From Alphaproteobacteria bacterium (GTDB lineage: Bacteria; Pseudomonadota; Alphaproteobacteria; UBA828), in assembly GCA_963422645.2 (NCBI GenBank), contig CAXXVO010000013.1, positions 64,001 through 128,000 on the forward strand: a stretch of DNA of 64,000 nt. The letters run 5' to 3'. Position 1 is the first letter of the stretch; every line of letters begins with the position of its first letter. The notes below the pieces were generated by a model. That model saw nothing but the letters and a program-made list of their open reading frames with translations, was not told where the DNA came from and searched no databases. Shown here one piece after another: positions 1 to 11,390 of the stretch. Position numbers and translations under genes: made by a program.

Positions 1-1416
<1,416 letters not shown>

Positions 1417-2197
1417 TCAGAGAGGCGGAAGGCTCGCGATGAGGCCTTCGTCCGCGACCAGAACGGCGCCGTAGAACGCAGCCGAATCGGCGGTGCAGAG
1501 GAAGAGCGCGGTGTTGGCGATGTCCTCGGGCTCGGCGAAGGCGCGGCCGCTCGGGTTGAGCGTCTCGAAGAGCCGGACCACCTCCTCGTTCTCCGGCTCG
1601 CGCATCCAGGCATTCATCGGCGTGCGCACGTTGCCCGGCGCGATCGCGTTGACGTGGATTCCCTGGCCGGCGAGCTCGGTGCCGAGCGAGCGGGTGAGCA
1701 GGATCACGCCCCCCCTTGCTCGCGGCGTAGGCCGAAGACTGCGCGAGTCCGATGACTCCCGCCACCGAGGCGATGTTGACGATGTGGCCGCCGCCGGCAT
1801 CGACCATGCCGGGCACCACGGCCTGGCAAACGTAGTAGGTGCCCTTCAGGTTGGTGTCGATGATGCGGTCGAAGACGGCGGGATCGCTCTCCGTCACCGG
1901 GTTCGCGTGCCAGATGCCGGCGGCGTTGACCGCGATGTCGACCGGACCGATCTCCTGCGCCGCACGGGCGGCGGCAGCATCCACTGCCGCCGCATCGCTC
2001 ACGTCGGTGACGAGGCTGAGGGCGCGGCCCCCCGCATCGCCAACCTCCTCGACGACCGCTTCCAGCACCGACGCGTCCGCCTTGTCGAGCAGCGCGACCC
2101 CCGCGCCCTCCTTGGCAAAGCGAAGCGCAACGGCACGGCCGATGCCTGAGCCCGCGCCCGTCACCAGAGCCGCACGTCCCTCGAGCCTCACCGCCAA
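1417..2197 (-). pseudogene. SDR-family oxidoreductase with a frameshift in a G7 run (possibly a sequencing error)
   Basis: TGAGSGIG, NAAG and YAASKGG lie in ORF 983..2197; the C-terminus (GVILLTRSLGTELAGQGIHVNAIAPG) lies in ORF 1417..1800. The frames join at the homopolymer 1709-1715 (one extra base). Confidence 0.85.
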
Positions 2198-2362
2198 CTC
2201 CCGCGTTCTATTCGGTATCGAAGCCTAGTCGTGCGGCAGTCCGGCGCACAACCGGGCGCGTGGACGGTCATTGGTAGGGCGCCTATAGTGAGATCCTCGG
2301 CGCTCGGCAAACAACAAGCGAAGGCCCGATTGCGTCCGGTTCAGAATGGGAGGAAATGAACG

Positions 2363-3592
2363 ATGCTAGGGAGATTCTTTGCTCTTCTGGCGCTTGGCGC
2401 ATTGGTGGCTGCGCCCTTGGCCCATCAACAGCAGGCCAAAGCGGACGACCACGAGGTGGTGATCGGCTTCGCGATTGCGCTCAGCGGCTGGATGAACCAG
2501 TACGACGGCCCGCCCTATCAGGGCTCGCTGATGGCGATCGAGGAGATCAACGCCGAGGGCGGCATCCTCGGCAAGCAGATCCGCGCCGTGGTCGCCGACA
2601 CCAAGACCGACACGGTGCAGGGTGCCAAGGCCGGCGCCGACGTGGTCGCGCAAGGGGCGCAGTTCATGGTCGTCTCCTGCGACTACGACATGGGGGCGCC
2701 TGCCGCCACGGTCGCCAACAGCAACAACATGATCTCGATCTCGTCGTGTGCCTCGGACGCCAAGATGGGCGTGCAGGGCATCGGGCCCTACGCCTTCACG
2801 CTTAACACCTACGGTCAGGGCGAAGGCGCGGGCATGGCCAAGTACGCCTTCCACGACAGGGGCTGGCGCAATGCCTATCTGCTCCTCGATGCTTCGATCG
2901 AGTACGACAAGAGCATCTGCCACGGCTTCATGGAGCAGTGGAAGGACTACGGCGGCACGGTGATCGGCGTCGACAGTTACATGCAGGAGGACGCCTCCAT
3001 CGCCTCGCAGATCACCCGCTACAAGGAGCTGGCGGCGGACCGCGGCGAGCCTGAATTCCTCTATCTCTGCTCCTACGGCGGCGGCGCGGTGAGCGCCATC
3101 CGTCAGATCCGCGCGGCAGGCATCGACGTGCCCATCGGCGGCGGCGATTCGATGGACGGCGACTACTGGTCCGAGGCGGTCCCCGGCTTGAGCGATCACT
3201 ACGCGTCGTCCTTCGGCTCGATCTGGGGCGACGATCCCCGGCCGGAGGTCAACGAGTTCTTCGACCGCTATCGGGAAAACTACGGTGAGCCCGAGACCTC
3301 GTTCCCGCTCAACGGCTACAGCGTGATCCAGGCGATCAAGGTCGCGGCCGAGCGGGCTGGCTCTCTCGATTCGGATGCCGTGCTGGCGGAGATGAACAAG
3401 TTCGACAAGGAGCCGTTGCTCTGGGGTCCGACCACCTATACGGCCGACACCCACATCGACCTGACCCACGTGCTCACCGTCATCCAGATCCAGGACGGCA
3501 AGGGCAGCTACGCTGGCCAGGGCGGAGCCGAGAACCCACCGGCGCTGCAGCTCATCTTCCCGGACTTCACCGAAGACCTTTACGAGAACTAG
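2363..3592 (+). CDS. ABC transporter substrate-binding protein (LivJ/HAAT family)
   Basis: Signal peptide, IGFAIALSG, AIEEINAEGGILGKQI motif; precedes LIV-type permeases. Confidence 0.92.
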   Translation: MLGRFFALLALGALVAAPLAHQQQAKADDHEVVIGFAIALSGWMNQYDGPPYQGSLMAIEEINAEGGILGKQIRAVVADTKTDTVQGAKAGADVVAQGAQFMVVSCDYDMGAPAATVANSNNMISISSCASDAKMGVQGIGPYAFTLNTYGQGEGAGMAKYAFHDRGWRNAYLLLDASIEYDKSICHGFMEQWKDYGGTVIGVDSYMQEDASIASQITRYKELAADRGEPEFLYLCSYGGGAVSAIRQIRAAGIDVPIGGGDSMDGDYWSEAVPGLSDHYASSFGSIWGDDPRPEVNEFFDRYRENYGEPETSFPLNGYSVIQAIKVAAERAGSLDSDAVLAEMNKFDKEPLLWGPTTYTADTHIDLTHVLTVIQIQDGKGSYAGQGGAENPPALQLIFPDFTEDLYEN

Positions 3593-3600
3593 TCATCATC

Positions 3601-3643
3601 GTGCCAGGGCCGGTCCGCCGCGAGGCGGGCCGGCCCTTGGCAC
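3601..3643 (+). terminator. Stem-loop after the substrate-binding protein gene (mRNA-stabilising or attenuating hairpin)
   Basis: GTGCCAGGGCCGGTCCGCC-gcga-GGCGGGCCGGCCCTTGGCAC inverted repeat; no strong U-tract. Confidence 0.6.
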
Positions 3644-3670
3644 GGTCGTTGTTCTCTTCCAGGGGCGGTC

Positions 3671-4585
3671 GTGACCGGACTGGTCCAGAACGCCATCGAC
3701 GCGCTCGCGCTGGGCAGCCTCTACGCGCTGACGGCGCTGGGTATCGGGCTGATCTTCGGCGTCATGCGGCTGATCAACTTCGCCCATGGCGACCTCATCA
3801 TGATCGGCGGCTACGCCCTGATCGTGCCCTCGAGCGCCGCCGCCGCCGTCGCCTTCATCGGCGCGTGGCCCGCCCCGCTCCTTGTCGGCGCCATCGTCCT
3901 GATCGTCATGCTCTTTGCACTCGCTTGCGAACGGCTGGCCTTCCGGCCCCTTCGCCGCGCCAACCCCTCTGTGTTGCTGATTACCTCGTTTGCGCTCAGC
4001 TTCTTCCTCGAGCATCTGGTGGTGATGATCTACGGCGGGCGGGTGAAGGCGGTGAGCATCTGGCCCGAGTTGCTCGAAGCGCTGCCCATCAGCGGCGTGC
4101 GCATCCCCTACCTGCAGATTATCACCATCGGGGTGACGATCGGGCTGCTGGTGCTTCTGGTGGTCTTTCTCAAGCGGACCCCCATGGGCATCCAGATGCG
4201 GGCGGCGTCCGAGGATTTTTCCACGGCGCGGCTGCTCGGCGTCCGCGCCAACCGGGTGATCGCCGTCGCCTTCGCCATCAGCGGGATGCTCGCCGCGGTG
4301 GTCTCGCTGCTCTACGTCTCGCAGGTGGGCGCGCTCACCTACAGCATGGGGATCCCGCTGGTGCTCTTCGCCTTCGTCGCCACCGTGGTGGGTGGCATGG
4401 GGAGCCTCACCGGCGCGGTGCTCGGAGGCTTCGTGGTCGGCATCGCGAGCGTGGTCCTGCAGGTGGCACTCCCGGTGGCGATGCGACCCGACCGCGACGT
4501 CTTCGTCTATGGGCTGATCCTGCTGATCCTGCTTCTGAGACCCTCCGGCCTGGTCAAGGTGAAGTCGATCGAGGAGAAGGTCTGA
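3671..4585 (+). CDS. Branched-chain amino acid ABC permease (LivH-like)
   Basis: ALGIGLIFGVMRLINFAHG, GIQMRAASED, VVGGMGSLTGA. Confidence 0.93.
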   Translation: MTGLVQNAIDALALGSLYALTALGIGLIFGVMRLINFAHGDLIMIGGYALIVPSSAAAAVAFIGAWPAPLLVGAIVLIVMLFALACERLAFRPLRRANPSVLLITSFALSFFLEHLVVMIYGGRVKAVSIWPELLEALPISGVRIPYLQIITIGVTIGLLVLLVVFLKRTPMGIQMRAASEDFSTARLLGVRANRVIAVAFAISGMLAAVVSLLYVSQVGALTYSMGIPLVLFAFVATVVGGMGSLTGAVLGGFVVGIASVVLQVALPVAMRPDRDVFVYGLILLILLLRPSGLVKVKSIEEKV

Positions 4586-4586
4586 G

Positions 4587-5720
4587 ATGGCCGGGCCGGG
4601 CCAAGGCGATTTGATTCGGCGACTGCCCATCGTGGGCCTGCGCGTCTTCTGGACGCCGATCGTGCTCTCCCTCGGCATGCTCGTCATCGCGCTCGCGGTG
4701 TGGGCGACCGGCGACGCGGTGCTGGCGCTCGCGGTGACCGCCGCGCTGATCCGCGCGGTCATGGTGATCGGGCTCTACATCTTCATCGGCAACTCGGGCG
4801 TGCTGGCCTTCGGCCACGCCACCTTCATGATGGTGGGCGCCTACGGGGTGGCGTGGCTCACGCTTCGCCCCTTCAACAAGAGTTTTGCGCTGCAGCTGCC
4901 GGAGTTCCTGGCGGCGCACCAGTATCCAATGCTGCCGTCGGCGATTGCGGCGGCGTTGCTCGCCGCCATTGTCGCCTTCGTCGTCGGCATCCCGATCATG
5001 CGGCTCTCGGGCATCGCTGCGGCCATCGCGACGCTCGCCGTGCTCGGCATGTTCAAGACCTTCTATTCCAACTGGAGCGAATGGACGCTGGGTGCGGCGA
5101 CCATGCCGGGCATCCCGATCTACGTCGACATGTGGATCGCGCTCGCCTGGGTCGTGGTGGCGCTCTTCGCCGCCTACATCTACCAGCGCTCGCGTTACGG
5201 GCTCGCGCTCCGGGCCTCGCGGGAGGACGAGTTCGCAGCCCGTGCAGCCGGCATCAACATCCCGCGCCAGCGCCTCGTCGCCTTCGTGTTGAGCGCCTTC
5301 TTCATGGGCATCGGGGGCGTGCTGGAGGCGCACTATCTCGGCACCATCGCGGTCAAGAATTTTTGGCTCACCATCACCTTCATTCTGCTCGCCATGCTGA
5401 TTGTGGGCGGCCAGCGCAGCCTGACCGGCGCATTGGTGGGCGTGGTGGTGATCTCGACCCTGATCGAGATTCTGAACTCCCTCGAAGCCGGCATGAACGT
5501 GGGCGTCACCGTGCTCTCGGTGCCGATCGGAGCCCAAGAACTCACCATCTCTGGCCTCATGATCATCATCCTGGTGTTCCGCCCCGACGGGATCATGGCC
5601 GGGCGCGAGGTGCCGTGGCCCTTCGGCAAGGCCGGTCGCGTCGTGCGGGATCCGGGCGCGGCCGAGAGCGAGCACGACCCCCTGCGCCGGGGCCTCGCGC
5701 AGCGGGACGGCGCACCATGA
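4587..5720 (+). CDS. Branched-chain amino acid ABC permease (LivM-like)
   Basis: GVLAFGHATF, GLALRASREDE, RPDGIM; hydrophobic. Confidence 0.92.
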   Translation: MAGPGQGDLIRRLPIVGLRVFWTPIVLSLGMLVIALAVWATGDAVLALAVTAALIRAVMVIGLYIFIGNSGVLAFGHATFMMVGAYGVAWLTLRPFNKSFALQLPEFLAAHQYPMLPSAIAAALLAAIVAFVVGIPIMRLSGIAAAIATLAVLGMFKTFYSNWSEWTLGAATMPGIPIYVDMWIALAWVVVALFAAYIYQRSRYGLALRASREDEFAARAAGINIPRQRLVAFVLSAFFMGIGGVLEAHYLGTIAVKNFWLTITFILLAMLIVGGQRSLTGALVGVVVISTLIEILNSLEAGMNVGVTVLSVPIGAQELTISGLMIIILVFRPDGIMAGREVPWPFGKAGRVVRDPGAAESEHDPLRRGLAQRDGAP

Positions 5721-6526
5721 TGGATCGGCTCGCCCGCAGGCTGCTGCCCGCGCGGCCCGACGCGACGGCTCTCGCCATCGCCGGCACGCCTGAGGACACG
5801 CTGGAGGCCTTCGACGTGACCGTCCACTTAGAGGGGCTCGCGGCTGTCGACGGGGTCTCGATCTCGATGAGGCACGGCGAGGTCTTTGGCCTGATCGGCC
5901 CGAACGGCGCCGGCAAGACCACGCTGGTCAACGTGCTCACCGGCTTCCAGCGCCCGACCCGCGGGCGGGTCGTCCTGGGCGGCGAGGACGTGACCGGGCT
6001 TTCCGCGCACGAGCTGGGCCGCCGTGGCCTCGCCCGCACCTTCCAGGCGGTGCGGCTCTTCCGCGACATGCCGGTGATCGAGAACCTGGAGGTCGCGGCG
6101 GTGGGTACCGGGCTCGGCCGCCGCGAGGCCGCGCGCCGTGCCTCCCGCATTCTCGCCTGGATGAAGTTCGCGCACAGGGCGGACGACTGGGCGGACACGC
6201 TGCCCTACGGCGACGAGCGCCGGGTCGGCATCGGCCGCGCGCTCGCCATGGCGCCCCGCTTCGTGCTGCTGGACGAGCCGGCGGCGGGCCTGAGCGACGC
6301 CGAGTGCGACGAGCTCATGGGGCTGATCGCAGAGATCCCGGAGGTCTTCGGCTGCGGGGTGCTGCTGATCGAGCACAACATGCGCGTAATCATGGGGGCC
6401 TGCGATCGCATCCACGTGATCGAGAGCGGGCGCACGGTCGCCGAAGGGCCGCCGGAGGAGATCCAAGCGAACCCCGACGTGCTCCGCGCCTATCTGGGGA
6501 CCAAGTCGGTCGATGCTGGAAGTTGA
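5717..6526 (+). CDS. ABC ATP-binding protein (LivG-like)
   Basis: GPNGAGKTT Walker A, LPYGD, LLDEPAAG, IEH; ATG at 5717 overlaps the upstream stop. Confidence 0.92.
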   Translation: MMDRLARRLLPARPDATALAIAGTPEDTLEAFDVTVHLEGLAAVDGVSISMRHGEVFGLIGPNGAGKTTLVNVLTGFQRPTRGRVVLGGEDVTGLSAHELGRRGLARTFQAVRLFRDMPVIENLEVAAVGTGLGRREAARRASRILAWMKFAHRADDWADTLPYGDERRVGIGRALAMAPRFVLLDEPAAGLSDAECDELMGLIAEIPEVFGCGVLLIEHNMRVIMGACDRIHVIESGRTVAEGPPEEIQANPDVLRAYLGTKSVDAGS

Positions 6527-7254
6527 GGACCTGCACGTCCGCTACCGGCGGCTCCGCGCGGTGCGCGGCGTCTCGCTCACGGTCGGCGAAGGCGAAATGG
6601 TGTGTCTGGTGGGCCCCAACGGCGCCGGCAAGTCGAGCACGCTGCGCAGCATCGCGGGCCTGCACCCGCCGGCCGAGGGCGACATCAGGCTGGCCGGCCG
6701 CTCGGTCACGGGTCTTGCGCCGGAGACCATCGCGCGCCTGGGGCTTTCCATGGTGCCGGAGGGACGCCACGTCTTCACCCAGCTCACGGTGGAGGAGAAC
6801 ATCCTGCTGGGCAGCCAGATGCGGCGCGACCGCAAGCAGGTGCGGGCCGACTTCGAGCGCATGCTGGAAAGCTTCCCCTTCCTGCGCGGGCGCCTTGCCA
6901 CCCCCCGGCGGCAAGCTCTCCGGCGGCGAGCAGCAGCAGCTGGTCATCGCCCGCGCGCTGATGACGCGGCCCCGGCTGATCCTGCTCGATGAGCCCTCCC
7001 TCGGCCTCGCGCCCATGGTGGTGGACACCGTCTACGAGATCCTCAAGGGGCTGCGGGACGAGGGCATCACGCTGCTGGTGGTCGAACAGAGCACCCACCG
7101 GGCGCTGGAGAACGGCGATCGCATCTACATCATCCGCTCGGGCCAGATCGAGCTCGAAGGCGAGTGCAGCGCGCTCACCGACGAGCGCGTCGAGCAGGCC
7201 TACTTCGGCTTCGACCAGACGGAAGCCGAAGCCGACCACCGAACCCGATTCTGA
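6513..7254 (+). pseudogene. ABC ATP-binding protein (LivF-like) with a frameshift in a C6 run (possibly a sequencing error)
   Basis: GPNGAGKSS lies in ORF 6513..6992; LSGGEQQQL and LLDEPSLGL lie in the 6304..7254 frame. The switch is at CCCCCC 6901-6906. Confidence 0.88.
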
Positions 7255-7274
7255 GCGGCGTCGTGGCGTTACCG

Positions 7275-8507
7275 ATGGATCGCGCGGCGTGCGAGCGCTT
7301 GGATCGGGAGTGCCCACTGGCCAGCTGCCGGGAGCGCTTCTCACTGCCCGAGGGCGTGCTCTACTTCGACGGCAACTCCCTCGGCGCCCTGCCCAGGACA
7401 ACCGCCGCCGACATCGACCGCGTCGTTCGGGAGGAATGGGGCCAGGGGCTTATCGAGAGCTGGCTCGATGCGGATTGGTTCTATCTCGCGCGTGAGGCGG
7501 GCGATGCGATCGCGCCGCTGATCGGCGCCTCGGCAGGAGAGGTCATCGTCGCGGATTCCACCTCCGTCAACCTGTTCAAGCTGGCGTCCTCCCTGCTGCG
7601 CCAGAGCGAGGGCCGGCGCACGGTCGTCACCGAGCAAGGCAACTTCCCGACGAACATCTACATTCTGGAAGGGCTCGTCGATTTGTTCGAGACGAGGTTC
7701 GACCTGGTCCTGGCGGAGCCCGGAGACATCGCCGGATCAGTCGACAATGACTCGGCGCTGGTCGTGCTCACCCACGTGAACTTCAGGACAGGTGCCATGC
7801 ACGACATGGCGGCGATTACCGCGCACTGCAGAGAGCGCGGCGTACCGGTGATCTGGGACCTCAGTCACTCCGCCGGCACCGTACCGCTCGCGCTCAACCA
7901 GTGGGATGTCGAGTACGCGATCGGCTGCACTTACAAGTTCCTGAACGGCGGCCCCGGCGCGCCCGCTTACATCTACATGGCGGAGAGCGCCATCGCGGCG
8001 TATGAGCCAGCGATGACCGGCTGGTTCAGCCACGCCAACCAGTTCGGCTTCGAGGACAGTTATCGCTCTGCGGAGGGTATCGAGAAGTGCCTTGTCGGCA
8101 CCCCGCCGATCCTCTCGCTCCGCGCCGTCATGCACGGCGTGCGCTGCTACGACGGCCTGGCGATGGACGATGTCGTCGGGAAGTCGCGAAGGCTGTCCGA
8201 ACTGCTGATCCGCCTCGTGGACGAAGGGCTCCCCGGCAAGAGCCTTGCGCTCGCGAGCCCGCGGGAGCCGGCGAAGCGCGGCAGCCAGGTGTCGTTCAGG
8301 CACGAACACGCCTATCCGGTCTCCAAGGCGCTGCGCGCCGCAAACGTTGTCGTTGATTTCCGCGACCCCGATATTCTCCGCTTCGGCATCGCGCCGCTTT
8401 ACATGCGCTACGTGGATGTGTGGGATGCGGCCGATGCGCTCGCCCGAGTCATGACCACCGAGAGCTGGAGGGCGCACATGAGCGATACGCTGGACCCGGT
8501 GACATAG
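7275..8507 (+). CDS. kynU: Kynureninase
   Basis: YFDGNSLG, DSTSVNLFK, WDLSHSAG, GCTYKFLNGGPG (PLP lysine), RGSQVS, DFRDPDILRFG. Confidence 0.95.
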   Translation: MDRAACERLDRECPLASCRERFSLPEGVLYFDGNSLGALPRTTAADIDRVVREEWGQGLIESWLDADWFYLAREAGDAIAPLIGASAGEVIVADSTSVNLFKLASSLLRQSEGRRTVVTEQGNFPTNIYILEGLVDLFETRFDLVLAEPGDIAGSVDNDSALVVLTHVNFRTGAMHDMAAITAHCRERGVPVIWDLSHSAGTVPLALNQWDVEYAIGCTYKFLNGGPGAPAYIYMAESAIAAYEPAMTGWFSHANQFGFEDSYRSAEGIEKCLVGTPPILSLRAVMHGVRCYDGLAMDDVVGKSRRLSELLIRLVDEGLPGKSLALASPREPAKRGSQVSFRHEHAYPVSKALRAANVVVDFRDPDILRFGIAPLYMRYVDVWDAADALARVMTTESWRAHMSDTLDPVT

Positions 8508-8519
8508 CAGGAGACCTCC

Positions 8520-9305
8520 GTGGGCTATCACGAGCGCTATATCGAGAAGGGAGCGGGCCCAACAATACTCTTCAGCCACGGCACGCTGATGGATGCGGCC
8601 ATGTTCGACCCCCAGCTCGACCATCTGGCCGAGCGCGACTACCGGGCCATCGCCTGCAACAGCCGCGTGCTCACCGGGGCGCCGGCCGCACATACGCTGG
8701 GCGATCTCGTGGAGGACTGCCGGGCCCTCCTGGACGATCTCGGCATCGAGAAGTGCGTTCTCGCGGGCATGTCGGTCGGCGGCTTCATGGCACTGGAATT
8801 CGCCCTCGCATATCCCGAGCGTTTGAGCGGGCTGATCCTCATCGCCGCCACCTCGAAGGGCTATTCGGCGGAGGAGCGCGAGGCATACCACCGCCAGTTC
8901 GACAAGCTGGACGTAGACGGCATGGTGCCGCGCGAATTCGCCGAGTGGGTCGCGCCCTTCTGCTTCGGCGAGACCACGCTTGCGGACAACAAGGCGCTCA
9001 TGGACCACTGGGTCGAGCGCTGGGCCACGACGGTGCCTGCGCGTGCGGTGCTCTACCAGGGCCGCTCCTGGCTCGACAAAGACGACATCACCGCCCGCCT
9101 CGCCGCCATCGAGCTGCCGGCACTGGTGGTTCACGGCGAAGAGGACGTGCCGCTCCCCATCGTCCGCGCGGCGGCGATGGCGGGCGCGCTGCCCGACGCG
9201 ACCTTCGCCCGCGTGGCGCACGCGGGCCATTCGGTCAACCTGGAGCAGCCCGCGGCCGTCAATGCGGCAATCGCCCGCTTTCTCGGGCGCCTCGATCTGT
9301 CCTGA
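8520..9305 (+). CDS. Alpha/beta-fold hydrolase
   Basis: HG oxyanion motif, GMSVGG nucleophile elbow, GEED, AGH. Confidence 0.9.
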   Translation: MGYHERYIEKGAGPTILFSHGTLMDAAMFDPQLDHLAERDYRAIACNSRVLTGAPAAHTLGDLVEDCRALLDDLGIEKCVLAGMSVGGFMALEFALAYPERLSGLILIAATSKGYSAEEREAYHRQFDKLDVDGMVPREFAEWVAPFCFGETTLADNKALMDHWVERWATTVPARAVLYQGRSWLDKDDITARLAAIELPALVVHGEEDVPLPIVRAAAMAGALPDATFARVAHAGHSVNLEQPAAVNAAIARFLGRLDLS

Positions 9306-9356
9306 ACCAAGCAATTCGAACGCGACTACCGAACCACGACGAAAGGAAGACCGGCC

Positions 9357-9941
9357 ATGTCAGACTCCGCACTCCTCGTGTTGCATTTCCAGAACGGCGT
9401 CGCCCATCCCGATGGCGTGTGGGGGAAGTACCTCTTCCCCCAGGTCGAGAAGAACGGATCGGTGGGCAATGCCAAGCGGGCGCTCGATGCCGCCCGGCAG
9501 CGCGGCATGCCGATCATCTACGTGAACATCGCCTGGCGGCCGGGCTTTCCCGAGCTGCCGGATAACACCTGCGGCCTCCTCAAGGAGGCCAAGGACAACA
9601 ACGAGTGCCTGGTCGGCTCGTGGGGTGCCGACGTAATCGACGAGCTCAAGCCGGAAGGCAATGAGATCATCGTCATCAACTTCGGCTCGGACAGCTTCGA
9701 GGGAACCGACCTCGACCTGATCCTCAGGAACCGGGGGGTCAAGAACCTCTACGTCGTCGGCCAGTGCATCGAGCACGTGGTGGCGACCACGGTGAAGCGC
9801 GCCGTCAACATGGGCTACAGCGCCGCGATCCTGAAGGACTGCACGAGCGGCTTCACCGACCAGAACTACGACGCCATGGTGGAGATCATGCCGCTCTACG
9901 CCGACCTGATCACGGCAAGCGACTTCGTCGGCATGAACTGA
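9357..9941 (+). CDS. Isochorismatase-like cysteine hydrolase family protein
   Basis: ALLVLHFQN, FEGTDLDLILR, VKRAVNMGY; the canonical Asp/Lys/Cys triad looks altered. Confidence 0.8.
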   Translation: MSDSALLVLHFQNGVAHPDGVWGKYLFPQVEKNGSVGNAKRALDAARQRGMPIIYVNIAWRPGFPELPDNTCGLLKEAKDNNECLVGSWGADVIDELKPEGNEIIVINFGSDSFEGTDLDLILRNRGVKNLYVVGQCIEHVVATTVKRAVNMGYSAAILKDCTSGFTDQNYDAMVEIMPLYADLITASDFVGMN

Positions 9942-10056
9942 CCCGGCGCCCGGGCGGCTCCGCGCCGGGCCTCCCCAACTTGACTGTGGCGCCGGAGGCG
10001 CCGCGGCACCATATGCGTGTGCAGCAGGCAACTCTCGCGCTGGGGAGCCGAGACGC

Positions 10057-11373
10057 ATGAGGCGGTCGCGCCTGAACCAGGTGCTCAACTCCGTGGCGGA
10101 CGCTGGCCGCGAGCTGCTGCGGCGCGGTCCGCCTGCGGGCAGGCTGCGCGAGCGATCGCCGGGCGGGCTCTGCGAGGCGCTCTTGTCGACGCGGGGCGAG
10201 GCGTCAGGCACGGCGCTCGCGCGCGACGTGGCCGACGCCTATCGCGCGATGAACGCAGGGGAGAAGCACGCCTTTTTCGCGACGCTCGCGGCGGATTACG
10301 GGCCGGACCCGGCGGCGATCCATGCGGCGAGCGACCGCTACAAGGTGTCGCCCGGCTGCGACACGTTCATGGCCCTCACGGCAGCAATCGAGCCGCCCCG
10401 GCAGGAGCTCTTCCGCCGCATCAACATGGCGCCGAACGGCACCGCCACCATCGTCGCGATTCGCGAGGACCTGCTGACCCTGCTGCCCGATGACCCCTCC
10501 CTCAAGGCGGTGGATGTCGATCTCGTTCACCTGCTCACGTCCTGGTTCAATCGGGGCTTCCTCCACCTGGAGCAGATCGACTGGGAGAGCCCGGCGGCGC
10601 TCCTGCAAAAGATCATGGCCTACGAGGCCGTGCATCCCATGGCCGGGTGGGCCGACCTGAGGCGCCGCCTCGCCGACGACAGGCGCTGTTTCGCCTTCTT
10701 CCACCCCGCGCTGCCCGACGAGCCGCTGATCTTCGTGGAAGTAGCGCTGGTGCGGGGCATGGCGAGCGCCGTTCGGCCGCTGATCTCCGACCCCGGCGAA
10801 ATGCTCGATCCAGCGAAAGCCGACACGGCGATCTTTTACGCGATCAACAACTGCCGGGTCGGCCTGGTCGGCATTTCCTTCGGCAACTTTCTCATCAAGC
10901 AGGTCGTGGTCGAACTGGCCCAGGAGCTGCCGGGGCTGAAGACCTTCGCGACTCTCTCGCCCCTTCCGGGATTCCGCGCCTGGCTCGCTTCCCTTGTGGA
11001 GGAGTCGGAGGGCGCGCTCTCGGACCAGGAGGAGACCGCGATCGATCGCCTCTCGGAGTCGGACTGGCACACGAGCGAGGACGCCGAGGCAGACTTGCGG
11101 GAGCCGTTGACCCGGCTCTGCGCACGCTACCTGCTGGACGCCAAGTCGCGCGGCCGCCCGCTCGACCCCGTGGCGCGCTTCCACCTGCGGAACGGCGCCC
11201 GGCTCGAGCGGCTCAACTGGCTTGGCGATGTCTCGGAGAAAGGGCTGTCGGACTCAGCGGGGCTGCTGGTCAACTACGTCTACGATCCGAAGACGATCGA
11301 GCGCAATCACGAGAGCTACGTGAGGGAAGGCAAGATCGCCGCCTCTCCCGAGATCAAGCGCCTCGCCCAGTAG
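10057..11373 (+). CDS. matA: Malonyl-CoA decarboxylase
   Basis: WFNRGFL, YEAVH, RRCFAFFHP, GISFGNFLIKQVV, FATLSP, DPVARFHLRNGA. Confidence 0.93.
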   Translation: MRRSRLNQVLNSVADAGRELLRRGPPAGRLRERSPGGLCEALLSTRGEASGTALARDVADAYRAMNAGEKHAFFATLAADYGPDPAAIHAASDRYKVSPGCDTFMALTAAIEPPRQELFRRINMAPNGTATIVAIREDLLTLLPDDPSLKAVDVDLVHLLTSWFNRGFLHLEQIDWESPAALLQKIMAYEAVHPMAGWADLRRRLADDRRCFAFFHPALPDEPLIFVEVALVRGMASAVRPLISDPGEMLDPAKADTAIFYAINNCRVGLVGISFGNFLIKQVVVELAQELPGLKTFATLSPLPGFRAWLASLVEESEGALSDQEETAIDRLSESDWHTSEDAEADLREPLTRLCARYLLDAKSRGRPLDPVARFHLRNGARLERLNWLGDVSEKGLSDSAGLLVNYVYDPKTIERNHESYVREGKIAASPEIKRLAQ

Positions 11374-11390
11374 CCGCCCGCGCGCCGGGC

